From Octopus sinensis (taxonomy: Eukaryota), in NCBI RefSeq assembly GCF_006345805.1, contig NC_042998.1, positions 7,998,001 through 8,062,000 of the forward strand: a stretch of DNA of 64,000 nucleotides, given 5' to 3'. A program made the position numbers and the translations under genes. This document shows positions 13,804 through 26,728 of this stretch, piece by piece. Within the stretch, counting starts at the first letter, position 1. Each line of letters starts with the position of its first letter. The notes beneath the pieces were generated by a model that was not told the origin of the DNA, did not search any database, and saw only the letters and a program-made list of their open reading frames with translations.

Positions 13804-13998
13804 TGTGACCGTGTGTGTATCGTTGGCGATTTTTTCCTCCGTCTTCCCTTCCTTGGATCTTTCCTTTTCCTATATTTCTGACGAAGAGCTCCGCTCGAAA
13901 CGTTAAATTCTCCTTCCTCCTTTCCTTTCCTGAGCGTCCAATAACACTATACTTGTTCCACGTCCTCGCGTTGTTGTGTTTTCAAGTTTGGATTAACT
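13804..13998 (+). mobile_element. ~200-bp hammerhead mini-element, family HA copy 1
   Basis: starts TGTGACC, ends TTTGGATTAACT then (TA)n; three homologues in the window. Confidence 0.8.
13875..13907 (+). ncRNA. minimal type I hammerhead ribozyme motif
   Basis: TTT-CTGACGA-A-GAGC-TCC-GCTC-GAAA-CG-TT-AAA: intact CUGANGA and GAAA boxes, 4-bp stem II, palindromic ACGT stem III. Confidence 0.7.
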
Positions 13999-15133
13999 TT
14001 ATATATATATATGCGAACTTTAGGTTAACTAGATGTGTTTGCATTATATTTCAACTCCTAAAGGCAAATTCACTGCAGCTGCCGCCCAAAAAAGCATTTT
14101 CTCTTATGGTAAAAGTTATAAAAATACTGTACCTGCCCAATGCTTCCCTCTATCGGATTCCCACACGCAAATTTTCTGGCTCTTTAGCATTCCTCAGTGG
14201 GAAATACCGATGACAGGTAACTGGATAGATTTAGAGCCGTAGCTTTCACTAAAGATTAGTCAGCAACATTGAGTGAGTTGCACTATTAGACCGCTCGTTC
14301 GGGATACAACGAAAAGTCAACTGTGTCAGCGCTTAGCAGTGACAAGCGAACTTTAGGTTGGTTAAAATATGTTTGTGGCATATTGTGTGTACGCGTGTTT
14401 GTGTGTGTGTGTACGCGTGTTTGTGTGTGTGTACGCGTGTTTGTGTGTGTGTGTGAGTGTGTGTTACGTAAACATAGTTCAGTATAATGAGATTTTAGTT
14501 TTCATGACGCATTTAAGACAAAGAAACTAATTAACAGTTTCAAGCTCGCACCAGTATACAATTAGTTCACTAATGCGTGATATAAGCCTTGTTTCAATTT
14601 AACGAATGTCTTACCATTGTGCATCTCTTATTATAAAAGGCAGATTTTATCTGCCTCCCTTTGGGAGTTATACAAATCTACAATATAGGATTTCTTCAAT
14701 TACAATTTACCTAGCATTTTTAAGAGTACAATGCATCGCGTCATGCCAGGTCCAGTTTTTAAAATTTCAACTCCAATTAAGCAAAATTTACAGAAAACTC
14801 ACATTCTGGTGTGTGTGTCAAATGCTTTTCTTAGTCTGGTTTACACCACACGCAAACGCACACACACAGTGGGCAACGAATAAAATGAAAGTAATTCACT
14901 TACTGTAGTGAGTGATTCTTTCACTCTGCCTCCCACTTCCCTTTCCACACATAGACACGCAAATATATAAATAAAATTGTAAGCTAACGTGCGTGTGTGA
15001 GTGTGTGTGTGTGTGTGTACGCGCGTGTGTGTGTGTGTGTGAGGGTGCGTGTGTGTGTGTGTGTGCGTGTGCGTGAGTGTGTGACAGGAAAGTTTTTTAC
15101 GACGAATATAAGACCTATATCCAAGTAGCAGAA

Positions 15134-15399
15134 AGATAAGACAGTAAGGTGTGATTTGAGGGAGATTTGGCTGCTATTTCTACCATGTCTAGCTGCCATG
15201 TAGGGGTCTCCCTCATAGGCTCATACATACATATATACATAGATAAGACAGTAAGGTGTGATTTGGGGGAAATTGGCTGCTATTTCTACCAGGTCTAGCT
15301 ACCATGTAGAGGTCCCCCTCATTGGCTCATATATATATACATACATAAGACAGTAAGGTGTGATTTGAGGGAGATTTGGCTGCTGTTTCTACCAGGTCT
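15134..15399 (+). repeat. three tandem ~105-bp units separated by (TACA)-type spacers
   Basis: ATAAGACAGTAAGGTGTGATTTG(A/G)GGGA...TTGGCTGCT(A/G)TTTCTACC repeated near 15135, 15243 and 15345. Confidence 0.8.
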
Positions 15400-15754
15400 G
15401 TTAGGCCTTCTCATGTAAACTCAAGCTTTCTCATGCCTTGAACATAAGACCAAAGCAGAGAATGTATTCTTTTATTCTTCTGCTTTTTCCAACCATTGGT
15501 CTGTGGACATGCTGGGGCAATGCCTTGAAGAATTGTAGTTTAATGAATCAACTCGTTTTATTTTTGTAAGCATTGTACTTATTCTGTTTCCTTTGTCAAA
15601 CCACTAGGTGACAGGGATGTAAACAAACCAACATTCGTTGTCAAGCAGTGGTGGAGGACAATCACAAGCACAGACACGCACACACACACACATACATGCA
15701 TACACATATACACACATACATACATACATATATATATATATGTATATATATATA

Positions 15755-16077
15755 TTGCAGCGTGGAAGGTGTTGTAAGCCATTTAAGAAACACACAAAAA
15801 CCGTTACATTCACTTCAACATTTAAATTTAATTTGCCAAAATATTTTCGTCGCTTTGAGACCGCCACCTGTTCACTGACAAAAATATCGTGCTAACAGGT
15901 CGCGGTCTCAAAGCGACGAAAATATTTTGACAAATTAAATTTAAATGTTGAAGTGAATCTAACGGTTTTTGTGTGTTTCTTAAATGGCTTATAAACACCT
16001 TCAACGCTGCAACTGTTTTCGTTCCAGCACACGATCTCAGATCAAGTCACTTGCTATGCAAGTACATCTCTGTAACT
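15755..16077. mobile_element. Penelope-type inverted terminus pair (118-bp arms) plus one-sided tail, in (TA)n
   Basis: arms 15755-15872 and 15894-16012 are near-perfect reverse complements; unpaired tail 16013-16077; hammerhead-like fold inside. Confidence 0.7.
15832..15882 (-). ncRNA. hammerhead-like motif with G3-C8 core variant
   Basis: TTTGTCA-GTGAACA-G-GT(G/C)GC-GGTCTCAAA-GCGAC-GAAA-ATAT-TT-TG(G/A)CAAA; alternative bases are from the second arm. Confidence 0.55.
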
Positions 16078-16176
16078 ATATATATATTTATATATATATA
16101 TATATATGTATATTGGTAAAAACAGTAAGATAACAAAAGAAAGAAAGAGACCTCAATATTATGTAAATAGAGGAAA

Positions 16177-16571
16177 TCTTTATAGATAAAAGTGAGGTTG
16201 TGTGTCTGTCTCCTACGATTTAGATTCCTAACTACTCCCACATTTTGCGGTGCAGTTTAACTAAAACCGGGTATCTTATAGTCGTGATTCATATCGACAC
16301 CGTCTGGGTATTAGCGCGCGTCTACGATGAGTCTACGATTTAAAAAAAAATTTACCATCAATTTTTCCCATTTTTAATCCATTTTTGACATATATAAGGG
16401 AAGTAACTCTCTAAAATTTATTATTAAATCTCAGAACGTAAAAAGCTACAGTAACACCCCTCCCCCTTTGTGGTTAGCCATATTGAGATGACTATTATAC
16501 TTTACATCTCTAAAAATGCTTATATAATTATTTCCCTTACAAACCCGAGCAACGCCGGGCGATACTGCTAG
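16177..16571 (+). mobile_element. non-autonomous Helitron
   Basis: 5' TC after A, 3' hairpin CCCGAGCAACGCCGGG then CTAG before T, no TSD; three copies in the window. Confidence 0.85.
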
Positions 16572-16605
16572 TAACATAATAAAAGAAAAACATGCTGATT
16601 TAGGA

Positions 16606-16859
16606 TACTCTTTTACTCTCTTACTTATTCAGTCAATTGACTGCGGCCATGCTGGAGCACCGCCTTTAGTCGAGCAAATCGACCCCTGGACTTATTCTTT
16701 GTAAGCTTAGTGCTTATTCTATCGGTGTCTTTTGACGGACCGCTAAGTTACGGGGGCGTAAACACACCAGCAACGGTTGTCAAGCGATGTTGGGTGGGTG
16801 GTGGGCAAACACAGACACACAAACACGCACACACACGCACACACACACACACACACACT

Positions 16860-16893
<34 letters not shown>

Positions 16894-17060
16894 CATATAT
16901 ACGAGGGCTTCTTTCAGTTTCTGTCTACCAAATCCACTCACAAGGCATTGGTCGGCCCGAGGCTATAGTAGAAGACACTAGCCAAAGTTATCATGCTGTG
17001 GGACTGAACCCAGAACTATGTGGTTGGTAAGCAAGCTACTTACCACACAGTCACTCCTGC
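16606..17060 (-). mobile_element. SINE family A
   Basis: reverse complement of the 5913 copy. Confidence 0.9.
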
Positions 17061-17568
17061 GATAAGTAATAAACTAAAAAGCTCAGCCATCTGTTTAAAA
17101 TCTACATATACAGAGAATTATCAGATACATTCGCGATTCCTCTATGCAGAGTAGGTTTAAAAAACGTCTTCTTAAATATAACGAATTATGAATGGCTATA
17201 AAATTTAGACGCGTTTTGTTCAGAGCCTGCACTATATATTTGATGGCGAAGCATGCAGGAGATATGGCGTGCTTTTACTTCTTTGCGGGAAAGCTTGTCA
17301 TGTAGCCATCTTGGCTGAAATGTGGCGTGTTGGAAGATTTTTCGAATTATTTAAACTCTGTTGGCAAGACACCAGGAATATCTGCTGCAAATTGGTTAGT
17401 GCGAAAGTTACATGTTGTGTGACGCTAGGTTTCTGGAAGAAACAATCATTTGGGATTGTAAAGAGAGATATTAAATTCGACACCCACGTTTATGTGGGCG
17501 TCGGAACAGTGGTATAGAACCGAACAGGTAAAATCACGCACGCACACACACACATATATGTGTAAATA

Positions 17569-17633
<65 letters not shown>

Positions 17634-17844
17634 GTATGTACATATATATATATATATATATATGATGGCTGGTGCTCGTACCATTCCAGCTGCTTGTCTC
17701 AGTGAAAAAGTAATTAACCATAAAATAGTTAATGTGTGAAATTGAAACAACATTCAGAATTACTACTAAAACTGCTACTTATAACAACAACAACAACAAC
17801 AACAACAACAATAATAATAATAATAATAATAATAATAATTTAAA

Positions 17845-18050
17845 ATTTTGGCACAAGGCCAGTAATTTCGCGGGAGGGGGTAAGTCGATTATATCGACCC
17901 CAGTTCTTGACTGGTACTTATTTTATCGACCCAGAAAAGATGAAAGGCAAAGTCGGCTTCTGTGGATTTTGAACTCAGAACTCAAAGACGGATAAAATTC
18001 TGCTAAGCATTTGGCCCCGCATGCTAGACATTCTACTAACTCGCCGCCTT
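17845..18050 (-). mobile_element. SINE family M with older tail type B
   Basis: head AAGGCGGCGAG, Meta-like core, tail CCCGCGAAATTACTGGCCTTGTGCC followed by (ATT)n/(GTT)n. Confidence 0.75.
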
Positions 18051-18244
18051 AATACAGCTACTACTAATAATAGCATTCTTAATTTCTAGCAACTTCCACA
18101 AGGGCAACGAATGAGGGAATATCACCAGAGCCGCTTATATAAAGTCTGGATATTTTTTTATTGAAATAGAATGATAAAATAAATGAGAAAGTGAGTGACC
18201 AATTTGCCCGATTCTATGTCTCTGCAGACTGACCAATGTAATTA

Positions 18245-19290
18245 GAACCATTTCGCAATGCTTTGTGTCATTAATCAACTCCTCCTTGCTTCTCCAGATC
18301 CTTTAGCTAGCCTATTGTTTAATCTTTCTTTGACAAGGTGTTCGTTCCAAGGTATATTGAAATCGAAACGGATTATGCTCGTGTAGGCGCTAGATAGCAA
18401 CTTCTTTTAGTCTTTTAGTCGGTATTCAAATAGAAAAGCCAACAGTAACATACCTTCAGTCCTTGTGCGGAGGAGGATGCTTTTCAGATTCTATGAGAGT
18501 TTATATTTCCATAATATGTTGAGCCTTAAGGCAACGAGATGACAGAATCTTCAGATCGTTGGGAAAATGCTCATTGGTATTTTTTTACGTTCTGAGTTCA
18601 AATCCTGTCGAGTTCAAATATGTATTTTTCATTCTTTTAGGGTCGGTATGATAAAGTACCAATCAAGTCAATGGTATCGACTTACACTTCTCCTCAAAAC
18701 TCATCAAGATGAGAAATTATATTATACTGAGACATCTAAGTGCTGCTCAAACACTACTGACACGCAGTTTTAAATCTGCCGTTGAGATACTGTGTTACTT
18801 CCGAGTACGTGAAAGAATTTATAGGATTTTCGAGCTTCCAGACAATAAAGTAATTTTGTGCTTTCTACGATGTGATGAACTCTTTTTGTTCCATCCACCA
18901 CGAGAAAAATAGTAGTCGCGGCACTTTTGAAGCGTCTTTGAAAATGTGTAAGGAATCCTGCAATCATTTCCGACATGACAGCTAAGTTATATTCATCATC
19001 ATAACTTGTTGCTATTATTGTAAATGTTGCGTATCTGGAATATTCTGAAGATGCGATGGTAGGGTCATGTTCCTTGTATTTTACTGAAGTACACAAGACA
19101 TAATCAAGATTGAGTATGAATAAGAAAGGAGCAAATGTGTCTCTTTATAAAACACTGGTAAATGTTCTGTCTCCGACAGGTGTACGCACCTCAGTTCGAA
19201 TGTTTTGCAGAGCATCATTATTGCATCAAATATTTCTTGAGGGATTCCATAGGCTTGTGGGATTTCTTGTATCACACCCTTGTGTATTAT
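18245..19290 (-). mobile_element. old decayed RTE-clade LINE interrupted by a SINE
   Basis: AYGIPQEIFDAIMML, then SVL*RDTFAPFLFILNLDYVL (degenerate GVLQGDTLAP) and SYDDE (degenerate YADD). Confidence 0.6.
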
Positions 19291-19962
19291 CTATCTAACT
19301 GTATAAGTGATACGCACAAACATATATGCATATATGAGTATGCATGCATATGTGTATGCATGCATATGTGTATGCATTTATACACACATACATGCACACA
19401 TATACATATATATATAGAGAGAGAGAGATACACATGCACGCACACTTACACACAAATATATGTACATACATATATGTACGTAAGTACCGAGAATTTGAGA
19501 GAGAGAAGCAGACAGAGAAGGGAGAACCAGAACATAAACACTGTATTCCCTTGAGGCTTCAGGAGAACGCAGCAAAGATGCAAGCACAAGGAAACGTACA
19601 AAGTGTTTAAAACATGTCAGTGTTTTTACAATCTTGAAATTAGCAGATCAGCTCATCGTTGTAAAACAACATCGTTTCGTAAATGCAAAAGCTTGTAAAC
19701 AAATACCAAAGAGAAATTTAATTAGAAAGGTATACTTGTTCTTTGTCGACAAAGTGTCGGAAGAAATTGAAACATCGGTATTTCGGTGTTTGTACAGTCA
19801 TTAACTCGTAAGATTGTTTTATAAATTGCATTATGTAATTAACGCAGGAACCGTATGAATGTAAATGAGAAGAAAATTTCCATCAATTTTCAAATGTAGT
19901 TATTTCGCCATAAACTATACTGAAACTGAAAGGTATACTTGAGAACACAGTGTATAAATATA

Positions 19963-20356
19963 CTAGCAGTATCACCCGGCGTTGCTCGGGTTTGTAAGGG
20001 AAATAATTATATAAGCATTTTTAGAGATGTAAAGTATAATAGCCATCTCAATATGGCTAACCACAAGGGGGGGTGTTACTCTAGCTTTTTACGTTCTGAG
20101 ATTTAATAATAAATTTTTAGAGAGTTACTTCCCTTATATATGCCAAAAATGCATTAAAAATGGGAAAATTCATGGTAAATTTTTTTTTTAATCGTAGACT
20201 CATCGTAGACGCGCGCTAATACCCAGAAGGGCTCGATATGAATCACGACTATAAGATACCCGGTTTTGGTTAAACTGCACCGCAAAATGTGGGAGTAGTT
20301 AGGAATCTAAATTGTAGGAGACAGACAGCACACAACCTCACTTTTATATATAAAGA
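19963..20356 (-). mobile_element. non-autonomous Helitron, copy 2
   Basis: reverse complement of 16177-16571 with TC/CTAG ends. Confidence 0.85.
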
Positions 20357-20954
20357 TATCGGTGACTCTTATCACTTTTGAACAAATACGTCTCTTTATT
20401 TTTCTTATAGCTCTTTCATCAGATATAACACTCATCTTATCGGATCGCTGCGTGGAGGTTGCTTTTGACTTTCGTTTAACCCTTTCTGCTCTTTTTCTGT
20501 TAATTCTTAAGGTGTATTAAATAACATTATAAAAAATATGTGTTGCTTGAACCTAAACGCAAATCATTGCAGATAATTACGTCATGTATAATTATATTCA
20601 GCATGGTTTTCATCAAATAGGTTTAGTTCGATACGCATGTATTTGGAAAATATGCATTACACAAGTTTTTAAAGGTTTGTATATGGTTCTCTTTAATAAA
20701 GTTGGTCCTTATCGTCGAGATAACTGATACTTTGTCGGTTACGTCGACGATGGGTTCCAGTTGATCCGATCAACGGGACAGCCTGTTCGGGAAATTAACG
20801 AGCAAGTGGCTGAAAATTCCACAAAAACCTCAACGAGATTCAGCTTGACACAGAATTGGACAAGGTGGCCCTTTCAAATGCAGGAACTACTCATTTTTGC
20901 CAGTTGAGTGGACTGGGCAACGTGAAATAAAAAAATCTTGCTCAAGGATACAAA

Positions 20955-21219
20955 GGGTATTAGCGCGCGTCTACGATGAGTCTACGATTTTTAAAATAAT
21001 TTACCATCAATTTTTCCCATTTTTAATGCATTTTTGGCATATATAAGGGAAGTAACACTCTAAAAATTTATTATTAAATCTCAGAACGTAAAAAGCTACA
21101 GTAACACCCCCCCCTTTGTAGTTAACCATATTGAGATGGCTATTATACTTTACATCTCTAAAAATGCTTATATAGTTATTTCCCTTACAAACCCGAGCAA
21201 CGCCGGGCGATACTGCTAG
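20955..21219 (+). mobile_element. non-autonomous Helitron, 5'-truncated copy 3
   Basis: matches the 3' two thirds of copy 1 including hairpin and CTAG. Confidence 0.85.
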
Positions 21220-21675
21220 TTTACATATACACATACATCCAGAAATCCACATATCCATATATATATATTTATATATCAGTGGCGACTCCGGCACTCGGGC
21301 TGCTCAGGCTTAGCCCGAGTATAAATTTTGTAAAGTGGACGTGTATTATGAAGCTGATTTAATTTCTGCCAAAACTGACTTCTAGTATGTAGTTTCAACC
21401 AATAACTTGGGCTCCATTTATGGAGACTAGTCGCAGTTTAGCGTCTGGCCGTCGTCTTGGATGTGCCCTGTGTCAAAAAATATCATTCGTGGCCGACATT
21501 CTCTGGACTTCGTTCACACACACCTGACTCGGCTTTATTTGTCTTTTCTCTTTTCACCTAGTGCTGTATTGAATACTTGATGTGGTTTTAGAGTCAGATT
21601 TTGACTGCTATTTCAAGCATGGTGGTATCTCTTAGATACCCTTGTTTATAATTATATATAATATATATATATATA

Positions 21676-21884
21676 CTCTTTTACTCTTTTACTTGTTTCA
21701 GTCATTTGACTGCGGCCATGCTGGAGCACCGCCTTTAATCGAGCAACTCGACCCCGGCACTTATTCTTTGTAAGCCCAGTACTTATTCTATCGGTCACTT
21801 TTGCCGAACCGCTAAGTGACGGGGACATAAACACACCAGCATCGGTTGTCAAGCAATGCTAGGGGGACAAACACAGACACACAA

Positions 21885-21923
<39 letters not shown>

Positions 21924-22122
21924 ATATATATATATATAATATATATATATATATATACATATATACGACGGGCTTCTTTCAGTTTCCGTCTACCAAATCC
22001 ACTCACAAGTCTTTGGTCGGCCCGAGGCTATAGTAGAAGACACTTGCCCAAGGTGCCACGCAGTGGGACTGAACCCAGAACAATGTGGTTGGTAAACAAG
22101 CTACTTACCACACAGCCACTCC
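21676..22122 (-). mobile_element. SINE family A
   Basis: reverse complement of the 8588 copy. Confidence 0.9.
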
Positions 22123-22278
22123 ATATACATTATAAAAATATTCAGTTGAATAAGGTACTTAAAGTTGAGGCACCTTGTTAGGTCGGGATATCATGTACTC
22201 ATTGATCAATTTAAAAATTTGTTAGAAACAGCTGTAATAAATTAACACATGTCCATCAATTGCAATTTCTTTATTATA

Positions 22279-23148
22279 TGTGGTGTGGTCAACAAGTATC
22301 GGGACTGTTGCCACAGTTACGAAGCTAAAGTACGTGGAGTAAAGCTACTCGGCACATGTTGACCTTGAACTCTGCAGTGCAAACGCACTACGTTTTAACG
22401 TTCTAACGCACTTCCGCTGTTTACAGCAGTCCATGGAAATAACGTGTGTAGCGTGTGTTCGTCGCATTTACCTTGACAGAGAAAGTTGAACCGAGAATCT
22501 GCATCAAATTTGGCCAAAAGCTTGGCGATACCTGCAAAATTTTCATAAAGGCTTCATCGTTCTCGACACAATCAAGGAGATTTTGTGCAACTGAAACCCG
22601 AGTGACATTTTGGTCAGCTGAAAGCAGTTTTGGCACAAACTTAGCAGACACGCATCTCATATCCAATTCTTCAGTGATAACGAACTGAAATGAACCGTAA
22701 CTAAACTGCATATCCTCTGATAACTCAGGGATGGTGATTCGACGATTTCCCCCTCACATCTGCATGCATATCTGCGATATTTTTCCAAGTTCTGCTGGTT
22801 GCAGGTCGCCAGAATATTCGTCATTATCGACATTTTTCGGCTTTTTTTGAAACGTCTGAACCACTCGTACACTTATGTGCGGCTCATACACTCCTCTTCA
22901 TACTATTCTTGCAACTTAGGAATAGTATGGTCCCTGAGCAGGTATCGCCATGACAACTTTCTCTCACTTGGTCAATGCGACGACCACACGTTACTTCGAA
23001 GCAGCGTTGTCAACAGCGGCACTAAGCTAGGACGTTAAAACGTAGTGCACATGCACGGCAGGGGTCAAGGTCAATCTATGCCAATCGGCTCTACTCTGCA
23101 TGCTTTAGTTTCGTTACTATGGCAACAGTCCGGATACTTATTGATCAT
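22279..23148 (-). mobile_element. internally deleted mariner-like transposon with long imperfect TIRs
   Basis: TIRs GTCAACAAGTATCGGGACTGTTGCCA and TGGCAACAGTCCGGATACTTATTGATC, pairing over more than 120 bp; transposase peptides YEWFRRFK and ELDMRCVSAKFVPKLLS. Confidence 0.8.
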
Positions 23149-23153
23149 GTATG

Positions 23154-23190
<37 letters not shown>

Positions 23191-23194
23191 ATAT

Positions 23195-23319
23195 GTAAAT
23201 GTAAAAAAATACAAACAGTGACAAGAACGTGAAACATTTAGAAGACGATACAAAAACACAGACGAGACATTCGAAGCCTTCAATCTTCAGTCAAGAACCG
23301 GATATCTTCGCAATTTCGG

Positions 23320-23323
<4 letters not shown>
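23195..23323 (-). mobile_element. probable Penelope-type 3' terminus in (TA)n
   Basis: unique 130-bp island between two (TA)n tracts with a pyrimidine-rich 3' tail on the minus strand, like families HA and HB. Confidence 0.35.
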
Positions 23324-23405
<82 letters not shown>

Positions 23406-23437
23406 TATATATGTATGTATATATATAGACATATAGG

Positions 23438-23760
23438 AGCATTCCGTCGGTTACAACGACGACGATCCGAGCTGATGCGATCAACGGAACACCTTGCTCG
23501 TGAAACAAATGTTCAAGTGGCTAAGCGCTATAAGACACGTATACCCTAAACGTAGTTCTCAGGAAGATTCAACGTGACACCGAGTGTGACAAGGCTGACC
23601 CTTTGCAATACAGGTATTACTCATTATTGCCAGCTGAGTGGACTGGAGCAGCGTGAAATAAAGTGTCTTGCTCAAGGACACAACACATAGCCAGGAATTG
23701 AACTCACAACCTTACGATCGTGAGCCTATTGCGAAGGCGTGTGGCTTAGTGGTTAGGGAT
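23438..23760 (-). mobile_element. tRNA-headed SINE with V-like central domain and inverted 5' head
   Basis: GTGTCCTTGAGCAAGACACT domain; tail shared with 10985; GCGAAGGCGTGTGGCTTAGTGGTTAGGG lies on the opposite strand. Confidence 0.75.
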
Positions 23761-23894
23761 GCAGACATAAATGTGTATATATATGTATATATATATATAT
23801 ATATATGCATATATACATATATGTATATATGTGTGTATGTATGTATACATATATATGCATATATGCATATGTATATATATATATATGCATATAA

Positions 23895-24111
23895 AGTTAA
23901 TCCAAACAAGAAGACACAAAAAAAAAACAAAAAAACACAACAACGCGAGGACGTGGAACAAATAAAGTATTATTGGACGCTCAGCAAAGAAGGGAAGAAG
24001 GAGGGTTTAACGTTTCGAGCGGAGCTCTTCGTCGGAAGCATAGGAGAAGGAAAGATCCCGAGAAGGGAAGACAGAGGAAAAAAAATCGCCAGCGGTACTC
24101 ACGAGGTCACA
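23895..24111 (-). mobile_element. hammerhead mini-element HA copy 2
   Basis: same ends as copy 1; core reads CCGACGA-A-GAGC-TCC-GCTC-GAAACGTTAAA. Confidence 0.8.
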
Positions 24112-24113
24112 TA

Positions 24114-24193
<80 letters not shown>

Positions 24194-24869
24194 CGTATGT
24201 ATATTAATGTGTGTGTGTATGCATGTATGTATATATACATATCCATCCAACTATTGAACCATTGATCCATCCATTCATCCATACATATATGATACCAAAC
24301 GTCGGTACTGGTTTCTAGAAAGGTCTGTAAAATTAAAACGACCTTTATGATCTCAGTTGCTTTCTATTATTAGTTTCAAAACTCGTACTTGATTGAAATT
24401 TCAAACCCATTCCATTTTAATGTTTCCTGCTCGTTCTGATTAAGACAAGATAAAGAAGTTGAGGAATGGGCTGCATAAAACTCTGTAGTGTATTTAACTA
24501 CATTTACACTATATTTAATTACATCTACAGAAGTATCAGTGTGTCGTACAGGAATTCTTTGAAACCAATTGCTTCCATTCGCAATATCCTGCCATATGTA
24601 TCGCTAGAAATATTACTGTTATTCCGTTTTAGCCGCTTGCGAAAATATCTCTTAGACAAGATACATGATGGATTGTTTTTTTTGTTGTTTACTTTGTGTT
24701 GTCGGAGTTGTTGTTTTTCGTTCTTGTTGCTGTGGTTATTGTCGCTGTTCCATGTTCCTAGTATCGAAGAATTTGGGCATAGTGACTTTCAGTACACCTT
24801 CGGCCTACTTTTGAAGTAAAGCACGTTCGCGCCATATCTCTTGATATGTGTGTGTGTGTGTTAAAAAAA

Positions 24870-25175
24870 GGAACACTCCGTCGGTTTCCACGACGAGGGT
24901 CCCAGCTGATACGCTCAACAGAACAGCTTGCTCGTGAAACTAACGTGTAAGTGGCTTAACACTCTAAGACACGTATACACTTAACGTAGTTCTCGGGGAG
25001 ATTCAGCGTCACAAGGCTGGCCTTTTGAAATACAAGTACTACTCATTTTTGCCAGCTGAATGGACTGGAGCAACGTGAAATAAAGTATCTTGCACAAGGA
25101 CACAACGCGTCGCCGGGAACTTACGACCTTAGATCGCCAGCCGAATGCCCTAACCTCTAGGTCACGCGCCTTCAC
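24870..25175 (-). mobile_element. SINE, same family as 23438
   Basis: head GTGAAGGCGCGTGACCTAGAGGTTAGGG, V-like domain, same tail. Confidence 0.8.
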
Positions 25176-25212
25176 ACACACACACACACACACACACATA
25201 CATGTATAAAAC

Positions 25213-25410
25213 GTGACTGCGTGTGTACCATTGGCGATGTTTTTTCCGCCGTCTTCTCTTCTTTGGATTTTTCCTATTCCTGTTTCTGACGAAGAGCTCC
25301 GCTCGAAACGTTATACCATCCTTCTTTCCTGAGCGGCCAATAATACTATACTTGTTCCACGTCCTTGCGTTGATGTGTTTTCTCTTTGTGCTTTCATGTT
25401 TGGATCAACT
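25213..25410 (+). mobile_element. hammerhead mini-element HA copy 3
   Basis: GTGACTGC start, CTGACGAAGAGCTCCGCTCGAAACGTT at 25286, ends TTTGGATCAACT then (AT)n. Confidence 0.8.
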
Positions 25411-26259
25411 ATATATATATATGTATATATATGTATGTATATGTATGTATGTGTATACGTGTTTGTATGTGTGTCTGTCTGTCTTTATGTATGTATGTAT
25501 GTATGTATGTATGTATGTATGTATGTATATAGGTCGCTATATGTGTATGTATGCGTATATGTGTGCGTAAACATGTTTAAAATACGACTGGTTTTTATTT
25601 GCTTCCTTTTTATTGATGGTTTCATCTTTCTGTTCATATTTCCGCATAAGAATCTTCCATTTTGGCGGGGAGTGGTATTTTCAAAGATATTCTGCTATTG
25701 CAATAAAAAAATAAACATCTACAACAACGCACGAACAAATACTCAACATCATCTCAATATGTGTGACGCCACATAGTAACTGTTGCTTTCCTATTTCCTA
25801 AACCTCGGCAGCCGATTTTTACGATCTCTTACATAAGAGCCGCCAACTGCTAGCAGAATTGTATTTTCCTCTACTTCTCAGCAACGATGATACTGATAAA
25901 TCACTTTCCACTCCACCAGGCTCACAGCACAGCATATATTCCACACCTTAAGTGTGGAAGTACCTCCAGTCGCTTCAAATGAACAAAGTCAACGGCTCTG
26001 ACAGTGACACCTTCTAATATTGTGCCTCCGAGTTTGTTTTGTTCTTACATCTTCCACTCTCTGCGTGGATATAACTTTATTTTGGAAGCGATGCTTCTAT
26101 GTTTCTGATTCTTAAGAAGTGATGCCTCTACGTGCCTGCCAAATATCGTCCTGTTGCAGTTTCTTACTTCCAGTGTCTTAAATGTAATGGAAAAAACCCC
26201 ATTACCAACGACTTTCTCCAACAGCCTCAATCTCTCTCTCTCTCACTCTCTCTCTCTCT

Positions 26260-26672
26260 TATTTCTTTATTACCCACAAGGGGCTAAACACAGAGGGGAC
26301 AAACAAAGACAGACAGACGGATTAAGTCGATTATATCAATCCCCAGTGCGTAACTGGTACTTAATTTATCGACCCCGAAAGGATGAAAGGCAAAGTCAAC
26401 CACGGTGGAATTTGAACTCAGAACGTAACGGCAGACGAAATACCTATTTCTTTACTACCCACAACGGGCTAAACACAGAGAGGACAAACAAGAACAGACA
26501 AACGGATTAACTCGATTATATCGACCTCAGTGCGCAACTGGTACTTATTTAATTGACCCCGAAAGGATGAAAGGCAATGTCGACCTCGGCGGAATTTGAA
26601 CTCAAAACGTAACGGCAGACGAAATACAGCATAGCATTTCGACCGGCGTGCTAACGTTTCTGCCAGCTCACT
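26260..26672 (-). mobile_element. SINE family M, one head plus two tandem bodies
   Basis: internal junction AAAGAAATA|GGTATTTCGTCTGCC at 26444 (minus strand). Confidence 0.9.
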
Positions 26673-26728
26673 CTTACTCTCTTTCTCTCTTTCTCTCCCT
26701 CTCTCCCTCCCTCTGACTCTCTCTAAGG

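Noticed and set aside
17270-17520. Possible CR1/L2 endonuclease remnant (DAHINVGVEFN)
   Set aside because: Only a faint resemblance to the GDFN motif; too degenerate to call.
23262-23295. CTGAAGA...GAATGTC hammerhead-like string (minus strand)
   Set aside because: GAAA box broken and stem II has no workable loop.
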